Positions 1-7,976 of a DNA stretch of 32,000 bases are shown piece after piece (within the stretch, counting starts at the first letter, position 1; each line of letters starts with the position of its first letter). Position numbers and translations under genes: made by a program. Origin of the DNA: Candidatus Saccharimonadota bacterium (lineage in GTDB: Bacteria > Patescibacteriota > Gracilibacteria > UBA1369 > 2-02-FULL-48-14); assembly GCA_041661045.1 (NCBI GenBank), contig JBAZVE010000001.1:750001-782000 (forward strand). Direction: 5' to 3'. Under the pieces are notes generated by a model. That model did no database searches. It was not told the origin of the DNA and worked only from the letters and a program-made list of their open reading frames with translations.

Positions 1-1
1 C

Positions 2-271
2 CAGGATGCTTTGCTTTTGGAACTTTCCGAACTTGCCAAGGACTTGGGCTTTGCCTTGAACGCGGTGAACTTTTCGGACTCGGTGAGCCAGGATTATGGA
101 AAGACGATTGGAATTTCCGCAAACTTTACCGGGACTTATGAGGATTTGGTTGGATTTTTGCAAAAACTGGAGGGGGCGGATCGTTTGCTTCGAGTCACCA
201 ACATGAGTGTTCAAAGAGTTTCTTCTGCGGACATTTCGTTTAGTGTGAATATTGAGGCCTATTACCAGTAA
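2..271 (+). CDS. pilO: PilO-like type IV pilus assembly protein, 3' fragment (5' end lies outside the window)
   Basis: The frame is open from the window edge. The C-terminal sequence (FTGTYEDLVGFLQKLEGADRLLRVTNMSV) looks like the PilO C-terminal domain. It sits 5 nt upstream of pilC. Confidence 0.5.
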   Translation, partial: QDALLLELSELAKDLGFALNAVNFSDSVSQDYGKTIGISANFTGTYEDLVGFLQKLEGADRLLRVTNMSVQRVSSADISFSVNIEAYYQ

Positions 272-276
272 GGATC

Positions 277-1404
277 ATGAAAGAAACCAGCGTCGTTTAC
301 GGAGTTTATAGTAATATCGATCAGCCGATTTTGGTGCGAGTACAGGATTTTTTTATCGATCGTAAAAGGGTTGGGGTAAAAGAAAAATCTTATTTTTTCC
401 ATTTGCTGGCGGTGATGATTGATGCGGGGATCCCCATCATGAAGGCGCTCAAAGTGCTTTCAAAAAAAACGGAAAATCCACGGTTTGCACGGATCCTCAA
501 TACCTTGGCTTATGATGTGGAACGGGGAAAGCTAGTGAGCCAATCCATGCTCAAGTTCCCCGATGTGTTTAAGGATTCGGAAGTGGGCATTGTGCGCAGC
601 GGTGAAAGCATTGGAAACTTGGCCTTGTTGCTTTTTAAGTTGGCGGAGCAGAGCGAACGCACACATGCTCTTACGCTCAAGGTGCGCGGTGCTTTGATTT
701 ATCCCGCCACGGTTTTGATCGCTCTTTTGATTTCCGGCGCTATTGTGGTTTCTTTTGTGATTCCTCGTATTGAGGAATTTTTTACGCAGGCGAATTTTGA
801 ACTGCCCTTTTTGACTCGGGTGGTTTTGACCGCGGGCTCTTTCTTCATTCAGTTTTCCTGGCTTTTTGTGATTTTGGTTTTCTTTTTGCTTCTTTTGGGA
901 AGTTTTTTTGTGGGCACGGAGAATGGAAAGCGCAAAGTGGACACTTGGTCTTTGTCTTTTTATTTTGTGGGCGACACGGTGCGAAAACTCAATGTTTCCC
1001 GGTTCATTCAACTGTTGAGTTTGCTGGTGGAGGCGGGCGTTCCCATTCATGAAGCCATTCGTATTTCCAGCGGAGCGGTGAGCAATGTGCTCTATAAAGA
1101 TTTTTTGAATACGCTGAGGAGTGGCGTGGAACGGGGAGAAAAAATTGCAGACAATTTGGCCAAGGCTCCGTTCTTGTTTCCTGAGACGGTGGTGGCGATG
1201 GTTTCGGTGGGAGAGGGCAGTGGACAGCTTGGAAAAATTGCAGAAAAACTGGCCCGACATTATGAACAAGAAGTGGAGCATTCCTTAAATAATTTCACAA
1301 CCATTTTGGAACCTCTGGTGATTGTTTTGGTCGGGCTCAGTGTGGGAGTGATGGCCCTCGCTTTGCTCGGGCCCATCTTTTCGCTCTCAACCCTTGTCTC
1401 ATGA
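277..1404 (+). CDS. pilC: Type IV pilus platform protein PilC (GspF family)
   Basis: 375 aa with ATG start. It shows the duplicated GspF-type architecture with three hydrophobic TM segments, and conserved-looking stretches such as GESIGNL and VSVGEGSGQLG. Confidence 0.9.
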   Translation: MKETSVVYGVYSNIDQPILVRVQDFFIDRKRVGVKEKSYFFHLLAVMIDAGIPIMKALKVLSKKTENPRFARILNTLAYDVERGKLVSQSMLKFPDVFKDSEVGIVRSGESIGNLALLLFKLAEQSERTHALTLKVRGALIYPATVLIALLISGAIVVSFVIPRIEEFFTQANFELPFLTRVVLTAGSFFIQFSWLFVILVFFLLLLGSFFVGTENGKRKVDTWSLSFYFVGDTVRKLNVSRFIQLLSLLVEAGVPIHEAIRISSGAVSNVLYKDFLNTLRSGVERGEKIADNLAKAPFLFPETVVAMVSVGEGSGQLGKIAEKLARHYEQEVEHSLNNFTTILEPLVIVLVGLSVGVMALALLGPIFSLSTLVS

Positions 1405-1985
1405 GTTTGTCCTCTCTTCAGCCAAAGCCCGCATTCACTCTTATTGAGCTTTTGGTGGTGATCACCATTATTGGGGTGCTTACGGGCGTTTTGATTCTGG
1501 ATTTTTCCGGCATTAAACAGCGGCAGGAGCTTTCCTTTATGGCGGACCAAAGCCTGGCCATGCTTCAACAAGCACGGGCGGAAGTTCAGGCGGGAAAGCT
1601 GCGGAGGGAAGATGGAATCTTTTTGTGTGAAGGCGTTTTTTTTAAACAGGGACAGGCCCCGGAATCGGCCGTGGCGGATTACAATGGAGAAGCAGGCGTT
1701 TGCGAGGGGGATTCTTTTGAACTTTTGCCCTATGGACTCAGCACCGGCACCGCTTTTATTGAGGAAATTACCGTGGGCGCCGCCGGGCAGGACGAATTGT
1801 GGGCCTTTTATAGCCCTCCCGAAGGAGAGGTGTTTTTATTTTCATCGGACGGGGAATTTTTGGAGGGAGATGCTACACTTGTTTTTGCTGCTGCAACCGA
1901 AATTCCACTTCAAGTGTTTCTGCAGATTTCCACTCAGACCGATTTAGCCTCTTTATCGCTTGGCAATGAAGAAAATGAAGAATAA
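1401..1985 (+). CDS. Prepilin-type N-terminal cleavage/methylation domain protein (minor pilin/pseudopilin)
   Basis: The N-terminus KPA-FTLIELLVVITIIGVL is a class III signal. Its ATG overlaps the pilC stop (ATGA). Confidence 0.85.
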   Translation: MSLSSLQPKPAFTLIELLVVITIIGVLTGVLILDFSGIKQRQELSFMADQSLAMLQQARAEVQAGKLRREDGIFLCEGVFFKQGQAPESAVADYNGEAGVCEGDSFELLPYGLSTGTAFIEEITVGAAGQDELWAFYSPPEGEVFLFSSDGEFLEGDATLVFAAATEIPLQVFLQISTQTDLASLSLGNEENEE

Positions 1986-2487
1986 GTCCTCCGCATTCAC
2001 CCTCATCGAAACGCTGATTGCCATCACCTTGGTCATGGTGGTTATTACGGCGACCACGGGTCTTATCTTGAGCACTTTGCTTTCCAATCAACGCAATATT
2101 CATTCTGTTCAGGCGGCTTTTTTGGCTCAGGAAAGCTTGGAGGCTTTGCGGTTTATGCGCGACAGCAATTGGCTTCAAAACTATGCGTGGGATGGAGGCA
2201 CTCCGCTGTGGGGTGGGGATTTTGCATTGAGTGATGGGGAAGAGGTGGAGCTTTTGCTCAAAGAGGAAGATTGTCCTCCTTGTTTTGCCTTCACTTCTTT
2301 TACGGAACAAGCCACGGTGAAATTGGGCGGCAATGAGTATATTCGTTCGGTGCTTTTTAAAACGGTTTTGGATGAAGAAGGAAATCGACTTCCCGGCACG
2401 GTGGAGGTGATTGCAAAAGTGGCCTGGCAAGAACGAGGGGAGACTCGCAGCATTGAGGTTTCTACTTACTTAAGCAATTGGCAATGA
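1966..2487 (+). CDS. Prepilin-type minor pilin
   Basis: The N-terminus is MKKMKNKSSA-FTLIETLIAITLV. I chose the ATG at 1966 rather than the TTG at 1960 used by the ORF track. The gene overlaps the upstream pilin gene. Confidence 0.85.
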   Translation: MKKMKNKSSAFTLIETLIAITLVMVVITATTGLILSTLLSNQRNIHSVQAAFLAQESLEALRFMRDSNWLQNYAWDGGTPLWGGDFALSDGEEVELLLKEEDCPPCFAFTSFTEQATVKLGGNEYIRSVLFKTVLDEEGNRLPGTVEVIAKVAWQERGETRSIEVSTYLSNWQ

Positions 2488-3035
2488 AAAAAACAGTACG
2501 ATCCATGCCGGCGTTTACTCTACTGGAGATGATCATTGCCATTACGGTTTTTACAATTTTTATTGGGTTCAGCATTGGCGTGTATCTGTCTTATCATCGC
2601 ACGAACCAGGAGGCTTTGGTGATGCGCAGCATCATGCTTGAAGCCGAGGCCGCCATGGCCGCGCTCACCGAGGCAGTGAAGGAGAATCGGGTGGATTATG
2701 ATCGTTCGGATGAGTCGAATTTGGCGCTGCGCGGCCCCGATGGAACCGGCCTTTTGTATGCTTGGGACAAAGAAAATGAAGCGCTTTCGGTGCTGAGCAC
2801 CGCCGCCGATGGCAGCTCCGGCGAAGCCCTTTTGCTCCACGGCCCCGCCACGAGCGCGAGCTTTGTTTCTTTCCGCGTTTTCCCTGAGAAAGATCCCTAT
2901 TCCAATCGTAGCGAAGCAAGTCTTCAATATCAGCCCACCGTTCAAATCCTCTTGGAATTTTCTTTGCCCGGGCGCGTGAAGGAAGAAGTGAGCGTCCTGC
3001 TTCAAAGCTCCATAACCAGCCGTTTCTACCAATGA
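2484..3035 (+). CDS. Prepilin-type minor pilin
   Basis: The N-terminus is MKKTVRSMPA-FTLLEMIIAITVF. The ATG at 2484 overlaps the upstream stop (ATGA). Confidence 0.85.
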   Translation: MKKTVRSMPAFTLLEMIIAITVFTIFIGFSIGVYLSYHRTNQEALVMRSIMLEAEAAMAALTEAVKENRVDYDRSDESNLALRGPDGTGLLYAWDKENEALSVLSTAADGSSGEALLLHGPATSASFVSFRVFPEKDPYSNRSEASLQYQPTVQILLEFSLPGRVKEEVSVLLQSSITSRFYQ

Positions 3036-4018
3036 TTTTTTCGCCTCCTCGTTTTCGATCTTCTCCGGCTTCCGCTTTGTTGCTCTCTTTTTTTATGATG
3101 ACGGTTTTGCTTTTGGCGTCCATCTCCGTGAGTACCCTGGTGCTGAGGGACACCGTGGCGGTTCGCAGCATGGTGAGCGGGGTGCAGGCACTGTACGCGG
3201 CCGAAGGCGTGACGGAGTTGGGGCTCTATTCTGTTAAAGAAAATCTCCCCGGTTATGAGCCGAGTTTTTTGGACTATTCCCTCAATGAAACCAGCATCGC
3301 GTCCGCTCAGCTCAGTGCCCGTGGAACGGTGGTGCCTTGTGAGGGGCAGAGTGAAGACGGCTGGGGTGTCCTCGACCCCAACGAATCGGTTCAGTTGGCT
3401 CTGTTTGCTCAAACGAAGGAAGACGGAAGTTTTTTGAAAAACACTTCTTTTAAAGTTGAATTTTTTGTGGGAGATGAAGAAGAAAATCCGCTCTTCAACG
3501 ACATGACTCAATTTTTGACGGAACAGGATGTGCTGCGATGGAAAATTCTTGGACTTTATTACGCACAAACGGAGGCGATTTCGGAATACATTCCGCTCGA
3601 CACCACCAACAACCGTACTTCTCCCGAGAATCCTTCGGTCTTTGGGCCCGGAGCTTCCGGCACGGTTCCGGATGGCTACAAATATGCTAAATTTTATGAC
3701 TCCGGAACGCCCTCGCATTTTTACCCCAGCTATTCCATCGCGACTTTCTTAGAAAATCACGATTACAATTATTTGGTGCTCACCAATATCATTCAAGGGG
3801 CCGAGGATGCACGCATTTACTACCGTTTGCACTGGGTCCCCGGTTCCGGCGTGCCCTCGGCTGAGCTGGGCGGTGTGGTGTGTGAATACACCGAAATCAA
3901 CGCTTTGGCCGACAGCACCGGTATTGCCGAAGTCCGCCAAGTCCTCCAGACCTTGGTGCGAGAAGGTGAAAACCTCCCCGTCTTTGATTTTGTGCTCTAC
4001 CACACCAGGGAGGATTGA
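3032..4018 (+). CDS. PilX-N-like large minor pilin / pilus-associated protein
   Basis: The hydrophobic N-terminus (SALLLSFFMMTVLLLASISVSTLVL) lacks an FTLIE motif, as in PilX_N-type proteins. It has an ATGA overlap with the preceding pilin and is the last gene of the coupled pilin block. Confidence 0.6.
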   Translation: MIFSPPRFRSSPASALLLSFFMMTVLLLASISVSTLVLRDTVAVRSMVSGVQALYAAEGVTELGLYSVKENLPGYEPSFLDYSLNETSIASAQLSARGTVVPCEGQSEDGWGVLDPNESVQLALFAQTKEDGSFLKNTSFKVEFFVGDEEENPLFNDMTQFLTEQDVLRWKILGLYYAQTEAISEYIPLDTTNNRTSPENPSVFGPGASGTVPDGYKYAKFYDSGTPSHFYPSYSIATFLENHDYNYLVLTNIIQGAEDARIYYRLHWVPGSGVPSAELGGVVCEYTEINALADSTGIAEVRQVLQTLVREGENLPVFDFVLYHTRED

Positions 4019-4046
4019 GTTATAATGGTCTCTTGTACCCTTTTTT

Positions 4047-4490
4047 ATGACAGAACACCTTGCACTTTCAGAGGATTCCCTGGAGGACGAAGCCCCGATT
4101 CCAGCGGAAGAACTTGCCGCTCGGCAGGAGGATTTGGAGAACATTTTGACTTACACGCGTCGGTTCCTGTCTCTTGTCGAGGACAAATGGAAAGAGACCA
4201 AAACTTGGGAGATGCCCATCACTCGCGGAGACATGATTTTTGCACTTCTCAGTAAACGGCTTTCCTGGGTGGATGCACAAGACAAGCGAGTTTACTCCAG
4301 CAATGCCCCCAGGGACATTCTGCTTCGCATGAACGCTATTATTGATCTTTTGGAGCGGGAGTACGGCATGGCGGCGTTTTTTTCCACCGAACGGTCCGAA
4401 GTCTTCAATCCCGCCATTCATGCTTCCTTGCACCTGGTGATGCGACCTGCGGAGCCCACAGTCGTCCTTCCTCCCGACTGGCAGTCCTGA
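4047..4490 (+). CDS. Hypothetical cytosolic protein, distant member of a three-gene paralog set
   Basis: 147 aa with ATG start, acidic N-terminus, no signal peptide or TM. A TATAAT box at 4021-4026 and the leader tacccttttttATG precede it. Confidence 0.6.
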   Translation: MTEHLALSEDSLEDEAPIPAEELAARQEDLENILTYTRRFLSLVEDKWKETKTWEMPITRGDMIFALLSKRLSWVDAQDKRVYSSNAPRDILLRMNAIIDLLEREYGMAAFFSTERSEVFNPAIHASLHLVMRPAEPTVVLPPDWQS

Positions 4491-4498
4491 GCCGAAAT

Positions 4499-4527
4499 TT
4501 GCCAATCCCCAAGCCCTTTGCTATAGT
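4499..4527 (+). promoter_or_regulatory. Sigma-70-like promoter, TTGCCA-17-TATAGT
   Basis: I counted the hexamers and the 17-nt spacer directly. The -10 box ends 28 nt before the ATG at 4555. Confidence 0.5.
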
Positions 4528-4554
4528 TTTGTATTCTAAGTTTTACCCTTTTTT

Positions 4555-5103
4555 ATGGCGATTCCAAGATCCGGTGACTTGCTTACGACAGAAGAATTGG
4601 AGACGCAAAAGGCTGCAGCTGATATGGCGGTGATAGAGGCTCGTGAAGTCCCACACATTGCTTTTCTTTTGCACCAATTGGATGCGTTTATTGGCTCTGA
4701 GGTGCAAGCGGGTAGAGTGCGAGCGGAAGGCGGAATCTTTTCTTTGAATAGGACAAAGGAGGGGTGGGAACTTAGTGACCAGGTTTTTAGAGCCAATTTG
4801 CCCTTTGAGGTGACGGACCCTTTTGACTTCAGAAACTTATGTTTGGGCTTGATTGCGGGGCGGATCCATGCCGTGGAGGAGTATTTGAGGCCTTTGGGCT
4901 GGCAAGCCTCTTTATCTAAGGGAAGCGAATCTCATGGAAGCGATGGAGAAGGCCCTCCTCGAGGCCCTGAACGGAGAGGCGGTACATCGGGAGAAGACAC
5001 TTTGACCCTCACCCCTTTGGAGCAAAAGGATCCCGTTGAGCAGGGGGCCTCTTCTACAATGGAGGACCTTGTAGGTGTGCTTGGGGAAGGACAATCTCAT
5101 TAG
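4555..5103 (+). CDS. Hypothetical protein, paralog of 5128-5670
   Basis: The N-terminus is MAIPRSGDLLTTEELETQKAAAD..., followed by EGGIFSL. It shares its first 12 nt and these motifs with the next gene. The C-terminus is a low-complexity Gly/Ser/Glu tail. Confidence 0.65.
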   Translation: MAIPRSGDLLTTEELETQKAAADMAVIEAREVPHIAFLLHQLDAFIGSEVQAGRVRAEGGIFSLNRTKEGWELSDQVFRANLPFEVTDPFDFRNLCLGLIAGRIHAVEEYLRPLGWQASLSKGSESHGSDGEGPPRGPERRGGTSGEDTLTLTPLEQKDPVEQGASSTMEDLVGVLGEGQSH

Positions 5104-5127
5104 TATTTATTTTTTAATCAAATTTTT

Positions 5128-5670
5128 ATGGCGATTCCAGGACCTCAAGATTTGATTTCGAGGCAAGAGTTGGAGGCGCAGGAAGCTGCAGATGTGCAGG
5201 CCTTGGCGGCGCAAAAAAAGGAGCAAATGGAGGCAGCTCTTTTGCGGGAGCTGGAGAGGTTTTTGGAGACTAGGCTTAAAGTTCAAGAAGGTGGAAGCTT
5301 TTCTTTGATGGGCACGGAGCTGGATCGTTTGCTTCATGGGTATTTTGAGCTGGGGCCTTCCGGTACGGGTGTACATGAGCGGGAGGTTGCGGCCAAACGC
5401 CGATTGGTGGCAAGGCGTTTAAGTAGTGAGGAGGAAGGACTTAGGTGGCATGCTTCTTTTTCTGAAGTTAAGCATGAAGGAGCTTTTTCCCCGAGTCAGA
5501 GGAGCGTTCAGCCCGCTACCATTGAATACTTTTTAACGCTTAGACCTTTGATGGAGGGTGAAGATCCTGAGGCGGATATTGATCCGAACCCTTATGGTAC
5601 TCGGCAAAAGGAGCAGGCTAGGATGGCTGCAAGAGTTGCGGGTGCATTAGGGAAAGAATGGGAAAAATGA
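5128..5670 (+). CDS. Hypothetical protein, paralog of 4555-5103
   Basis: The N-terminus is MAIPGPQDLISRQELEAQEAAD..., followed by EGGSFSL. No signal peptide or TM. Confidence 0.65.
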   Translation: MAIPGPQDLISRQELEAQEAADVQALAAQKKEQMEAALLRELERFLETRLKVQEGGSFSLMGTELDRLLHGYFELGPSGTGVHEREVAAKRRLVARRLSSEEEGLRWHASFSEVKHEGAFSPSQRSVQPATIEYFLTLRPLMEGEDPEADIDPNPYGTRQKEQARMAARVAGALGKEWEK

Positions 5671-5680
5671 TCCACACTAT

Positions 5681-5709
5681 TTGTAGATTTGCTGTAAAAG
5701 CCGTATAGT
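5681..5709 (+). promoter_or_regulatory. Sigma-70-like promoter, TTGTAG-17-TATAGT, for metG
   Basis: I counted the hexamers and the 17-nt spacer directly. The -10 box ends 25 nt before the metG ATG. Confidence 0.5.
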
Positions 5710-5733
5710 GGGGCGGAATTTACCCCTGTTTCA

Positions 5734-7215
5734 ATGGACTCGTTCTACCTCACCAATGCGATTGCGTACACCAATGCAGGGCCTCACATGGGGCATGCGC
5801 TGGAGGCGGTGCAGGGGGATGCCTTGACGCGGTATCATCGTTTGCAGGGTGAGGAAGTGTTTTTTTTGGTTGGGACGGATGAGCATGGCAGCAAGAATGA
5901 GCAAGTGGCTAGGGAGAAGGGGGTCACGCCTCAGGAGCTTGCGGATACAAATAGTGCGTTGTTTTTGGATTTTCATAAGAAAGTGAACGCCGCCAACGAT
6001 GATTTTATTCGCACCACCAGTGAGCGGCACAAGGAGGGGGCGCGGAAATTGTGGACTGAGCTGGAGGCCGCCGGAGTGTTTTATGAAAAAGAATATGAGG
6101 GCAAATACTGCATGGGCTGTGAGGCTTTTATTTTGGACAAAGACTTGGTGGATGGGAAATGCGCGGTGCATTTGAAGGAGCCGCAGATTTTGAAAGAGAA
6201 AAATATTTTCTTTAAACTTTCGCAGTATTCCGAGGCGATCAAGCAGAAGGTGGAGTCTGGGGAACTTTTGATTCGGCCGGCTTCCAGGCGGAATGAATTT
6301 TTGTCGCTTTTGGAAGAGGGGCTGAGGGATGTGAGTTTTTCCAGGCCCAAAAAAAGTTTGAATTGGGGAATTGAGGTGCCGGGGCATGAGGATCAAGTGA
6401 TGTATGTGTGGTGTGACGCGCTCTCCAATTATATTTCCGCGCTGGGTTACGCCGAGCGGAGCGAGGCGTTTAAAAAATGGTGGCCGGCGGCGGTGCATTT
6501 GATCGGCAAGGACATCATTCGCTTTCATTGCGGGATTTGGATTGGCATGCTGATGGCCGCCGGCCTTCCTCTGCCCAAAGCTATTTTTGTGCATGGTTTT
6601 GTCACCAGTGAAGGACAAAAAATGAGTAAGTCTTTGGGTAATGTTGTGGATCCCATTGCACTTATTGAGGAATGGGGAAGTGATCCGGTTCGTTATTACT
6701 TGCTGCGCGAAATCCCCAGCGACGAGGATGGAGATTTTTCTCGTGATCGTTTTGCTGCGGTTTACAAGGATGAACTCCAAAACACCATTGGGAACTTGGT
6801 GCGACGAGTGGCGACCTTGTGCATCAAGAATTTTGACGGGAAAGTGGAGAAACGCAAAGATGAGATGGAGGAGGTGTGGACAAAAACTTGGGAACGATAC
6901 CACAAAGGATTCTTAAACTTTGATATGCGCTCCTCCATTGAGGCGATGCTGGAACTGGCTCGATTTGGGAATTTATACACCGATGAAAATAAACCTTGGG
7001 AACTCGCGAAAACAGACCCCAAACGATTGGCCGTTGTTTTGGGCAATTTGATCCAACTGTGTAGCGGGCTTGGTGAAATGCTTCAGCCCATTATTCCGGA
7101 GGCTGCTCAAAAGATCCTGGATCAGGTCTCGGGAGAAACGATTGTACTCGGAGAGCCTTTATTCCCTCACCATGGCCTCAGCCAACTCGGCGGCACTGAC
7201 TCCGCTGGCGCTTAA
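5734..7215 (+). CDS. metG: Methionine--tRNA ligase (short form without a C-terminal tRNA-binding domain)
   Basis: It carries the class I aaRS signatures HMGH (HIGH) and KMSKS, a CxxC...C..H zinc knuckle, and a typical MetRS N-terminus FYLTNAIAYTNAGPHMGH. Confidence 0.95.
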   Translation: MDSFYLTNAIAYTNAGPHMGHALEAVQGDALTRYHRLQGEEVFFLVGTDEHGSKNEQVAREKGVTPQELADTNSALFLDFHKKVNAANDDFIRTTSERHKEGARKLWTELEAAGVFYEKEYEGKYCMGCEAFILDKDLVDGKCAVHLKEPQILKEKNIFFKLSQYSEAIKQKVESGELLIRPASRRNEFLSLLEEGLRDVSFSRPKKSLNWGIEVPGHEDQVMYVWCDALSNYISALGYAERSEAFKKWWPAAVHLIGKDIIRFHCGIWIGMLMAAGLPLPKAIFVHGFVTSEGQKMSKSLGNVVDPIALIEEWGSDPVRYYLLREIPSDEDGDFSRDRFAAVYKDELQNTIGNLVRRVATLCIKNFDGKVEKRKDEMEEVWTKTWERYHKGFLNFDMRSSIEAMLELARFGNLYTDENKPWELAKTDPKRLAVVLGNLIQLCSGLGEMLQPIIPEAAQKILDQVSGETIVLGEPLFPHHGLSQLGGTDSAGA

Positions 7216-7515
7216 GCCTTCGGCACAAGTGGCTTCGAGGTGTGTTCGTGCCGCTTCAGAAACCAAGTTCAGTTCTTCAGTTCCCTGAATCTCTGCTAAG
7301 TAGGTATCGATTTCCTTAGGATCGCTGTATCCATATTTTTTCATGATGTCCTTGGTGTTCTCTTCCAGGTCTTCCATGGCAATGCTCTCATCAAAAAGGA
7401 GACAAGCGGTTTCGGCCATGGCTTTACCGGTGTTTTCCGCAGTGCTTCCGGTTCCACCGCAAGCGCTTAAAAAAAGGGCTCCCGTGAGGAAAGATGCGAG
7501 TAATGGTTTGAACAT
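7159..7515 (-). CDS. Small putative lipoprotein
   Basis: It has a signal peptide with a lipobox-like LSAC-GG. The 118 aa mature part is acidic and helical-looking. It lies 41 nt downstream of the pilin-module genes on the same strand. Confidence 0.65.
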   Translation of the reverse strand: MFKPLLASFLTGALFLSACGGTGSTAENTGKAMAETACLLFDESIAMEDLEENTKDIMKKYGYSDPKEIDTYLAEIQGTEELNLVSEAARTHLEATCAEGLSASGVSAAELAEAMVRE

Positions 7516-7556
7516 GCTTTAGAGTTAGAGATATAGGCGCACAGGGAATCCTATGC

Positions 7557-7976
7557 TTAAATGGCAGACTTGTCCACCTGGAGTACAATCTGCAAAATGC
7601 CCTGTACGATGGCATAAGAAAGCAAAATCAAAAGGAGTCCCACCAGAGCCCAAGTGGTCCCTCGTTTCCCTTTTTCGATCCGCTCGTCCTTTCCAAAGGC
7701 AAAAATGTAATTGAATCCCGCAATCATAATAAAAATCACGGTGAGTGCACCAGTGAAGAGCAGCACTTGGCTGATGATCTTCCCCACAAACATAATGGCG
7801 GTTTGGGTGGCGGCAGTTTCGGGATGATCTGCATCCACGGCCTCTTCCGCTTCTATGGTGGGCAAACTGTCCGGCCTCAAATTATCGTCCAGTTGCAAGG
7901 CCGCCCAGCTCAGGTCGGCGTTCAAGAGGGAGAAGGAAAGTCCCAAGGCGATGGTGAGGAGGAGTTTTTTAATCAT
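7557..7976 (-). CDS. VirB2/TrbC-like (T4SS_pilin-type) membrane protein
   Basis: I chose the ATG at 7976 (MIKKLLLTIALGL), preceded by GAAGGAAG and overlapping the upstream stop by 8 nt. The layout is signal peptide, acidic spacer, then a TM-loop-TM module reading FAFGKDERIEKGKRG. Confidence 0.75.
   Translation of the reverse strand: MIKKLLLTIALGLSFSLLNADLSWAALQLDDNLRPDSLPTIEAEEAVDADHPETAATQTAIMFVGKIISQVLLFTGALTVIFIMIAGFNYIFAFGKDERIEKGKRGTTWALVGLLLILLSYAIVQGILQIVLQVDKSAI

Noticed and set aside
5731-6903. 390-aa ORF on the minus strand
   Set aside because: It is antisense to metG, which carries the HIGH and KMSKS motifs. Its composition is typical of a shadow ORF.
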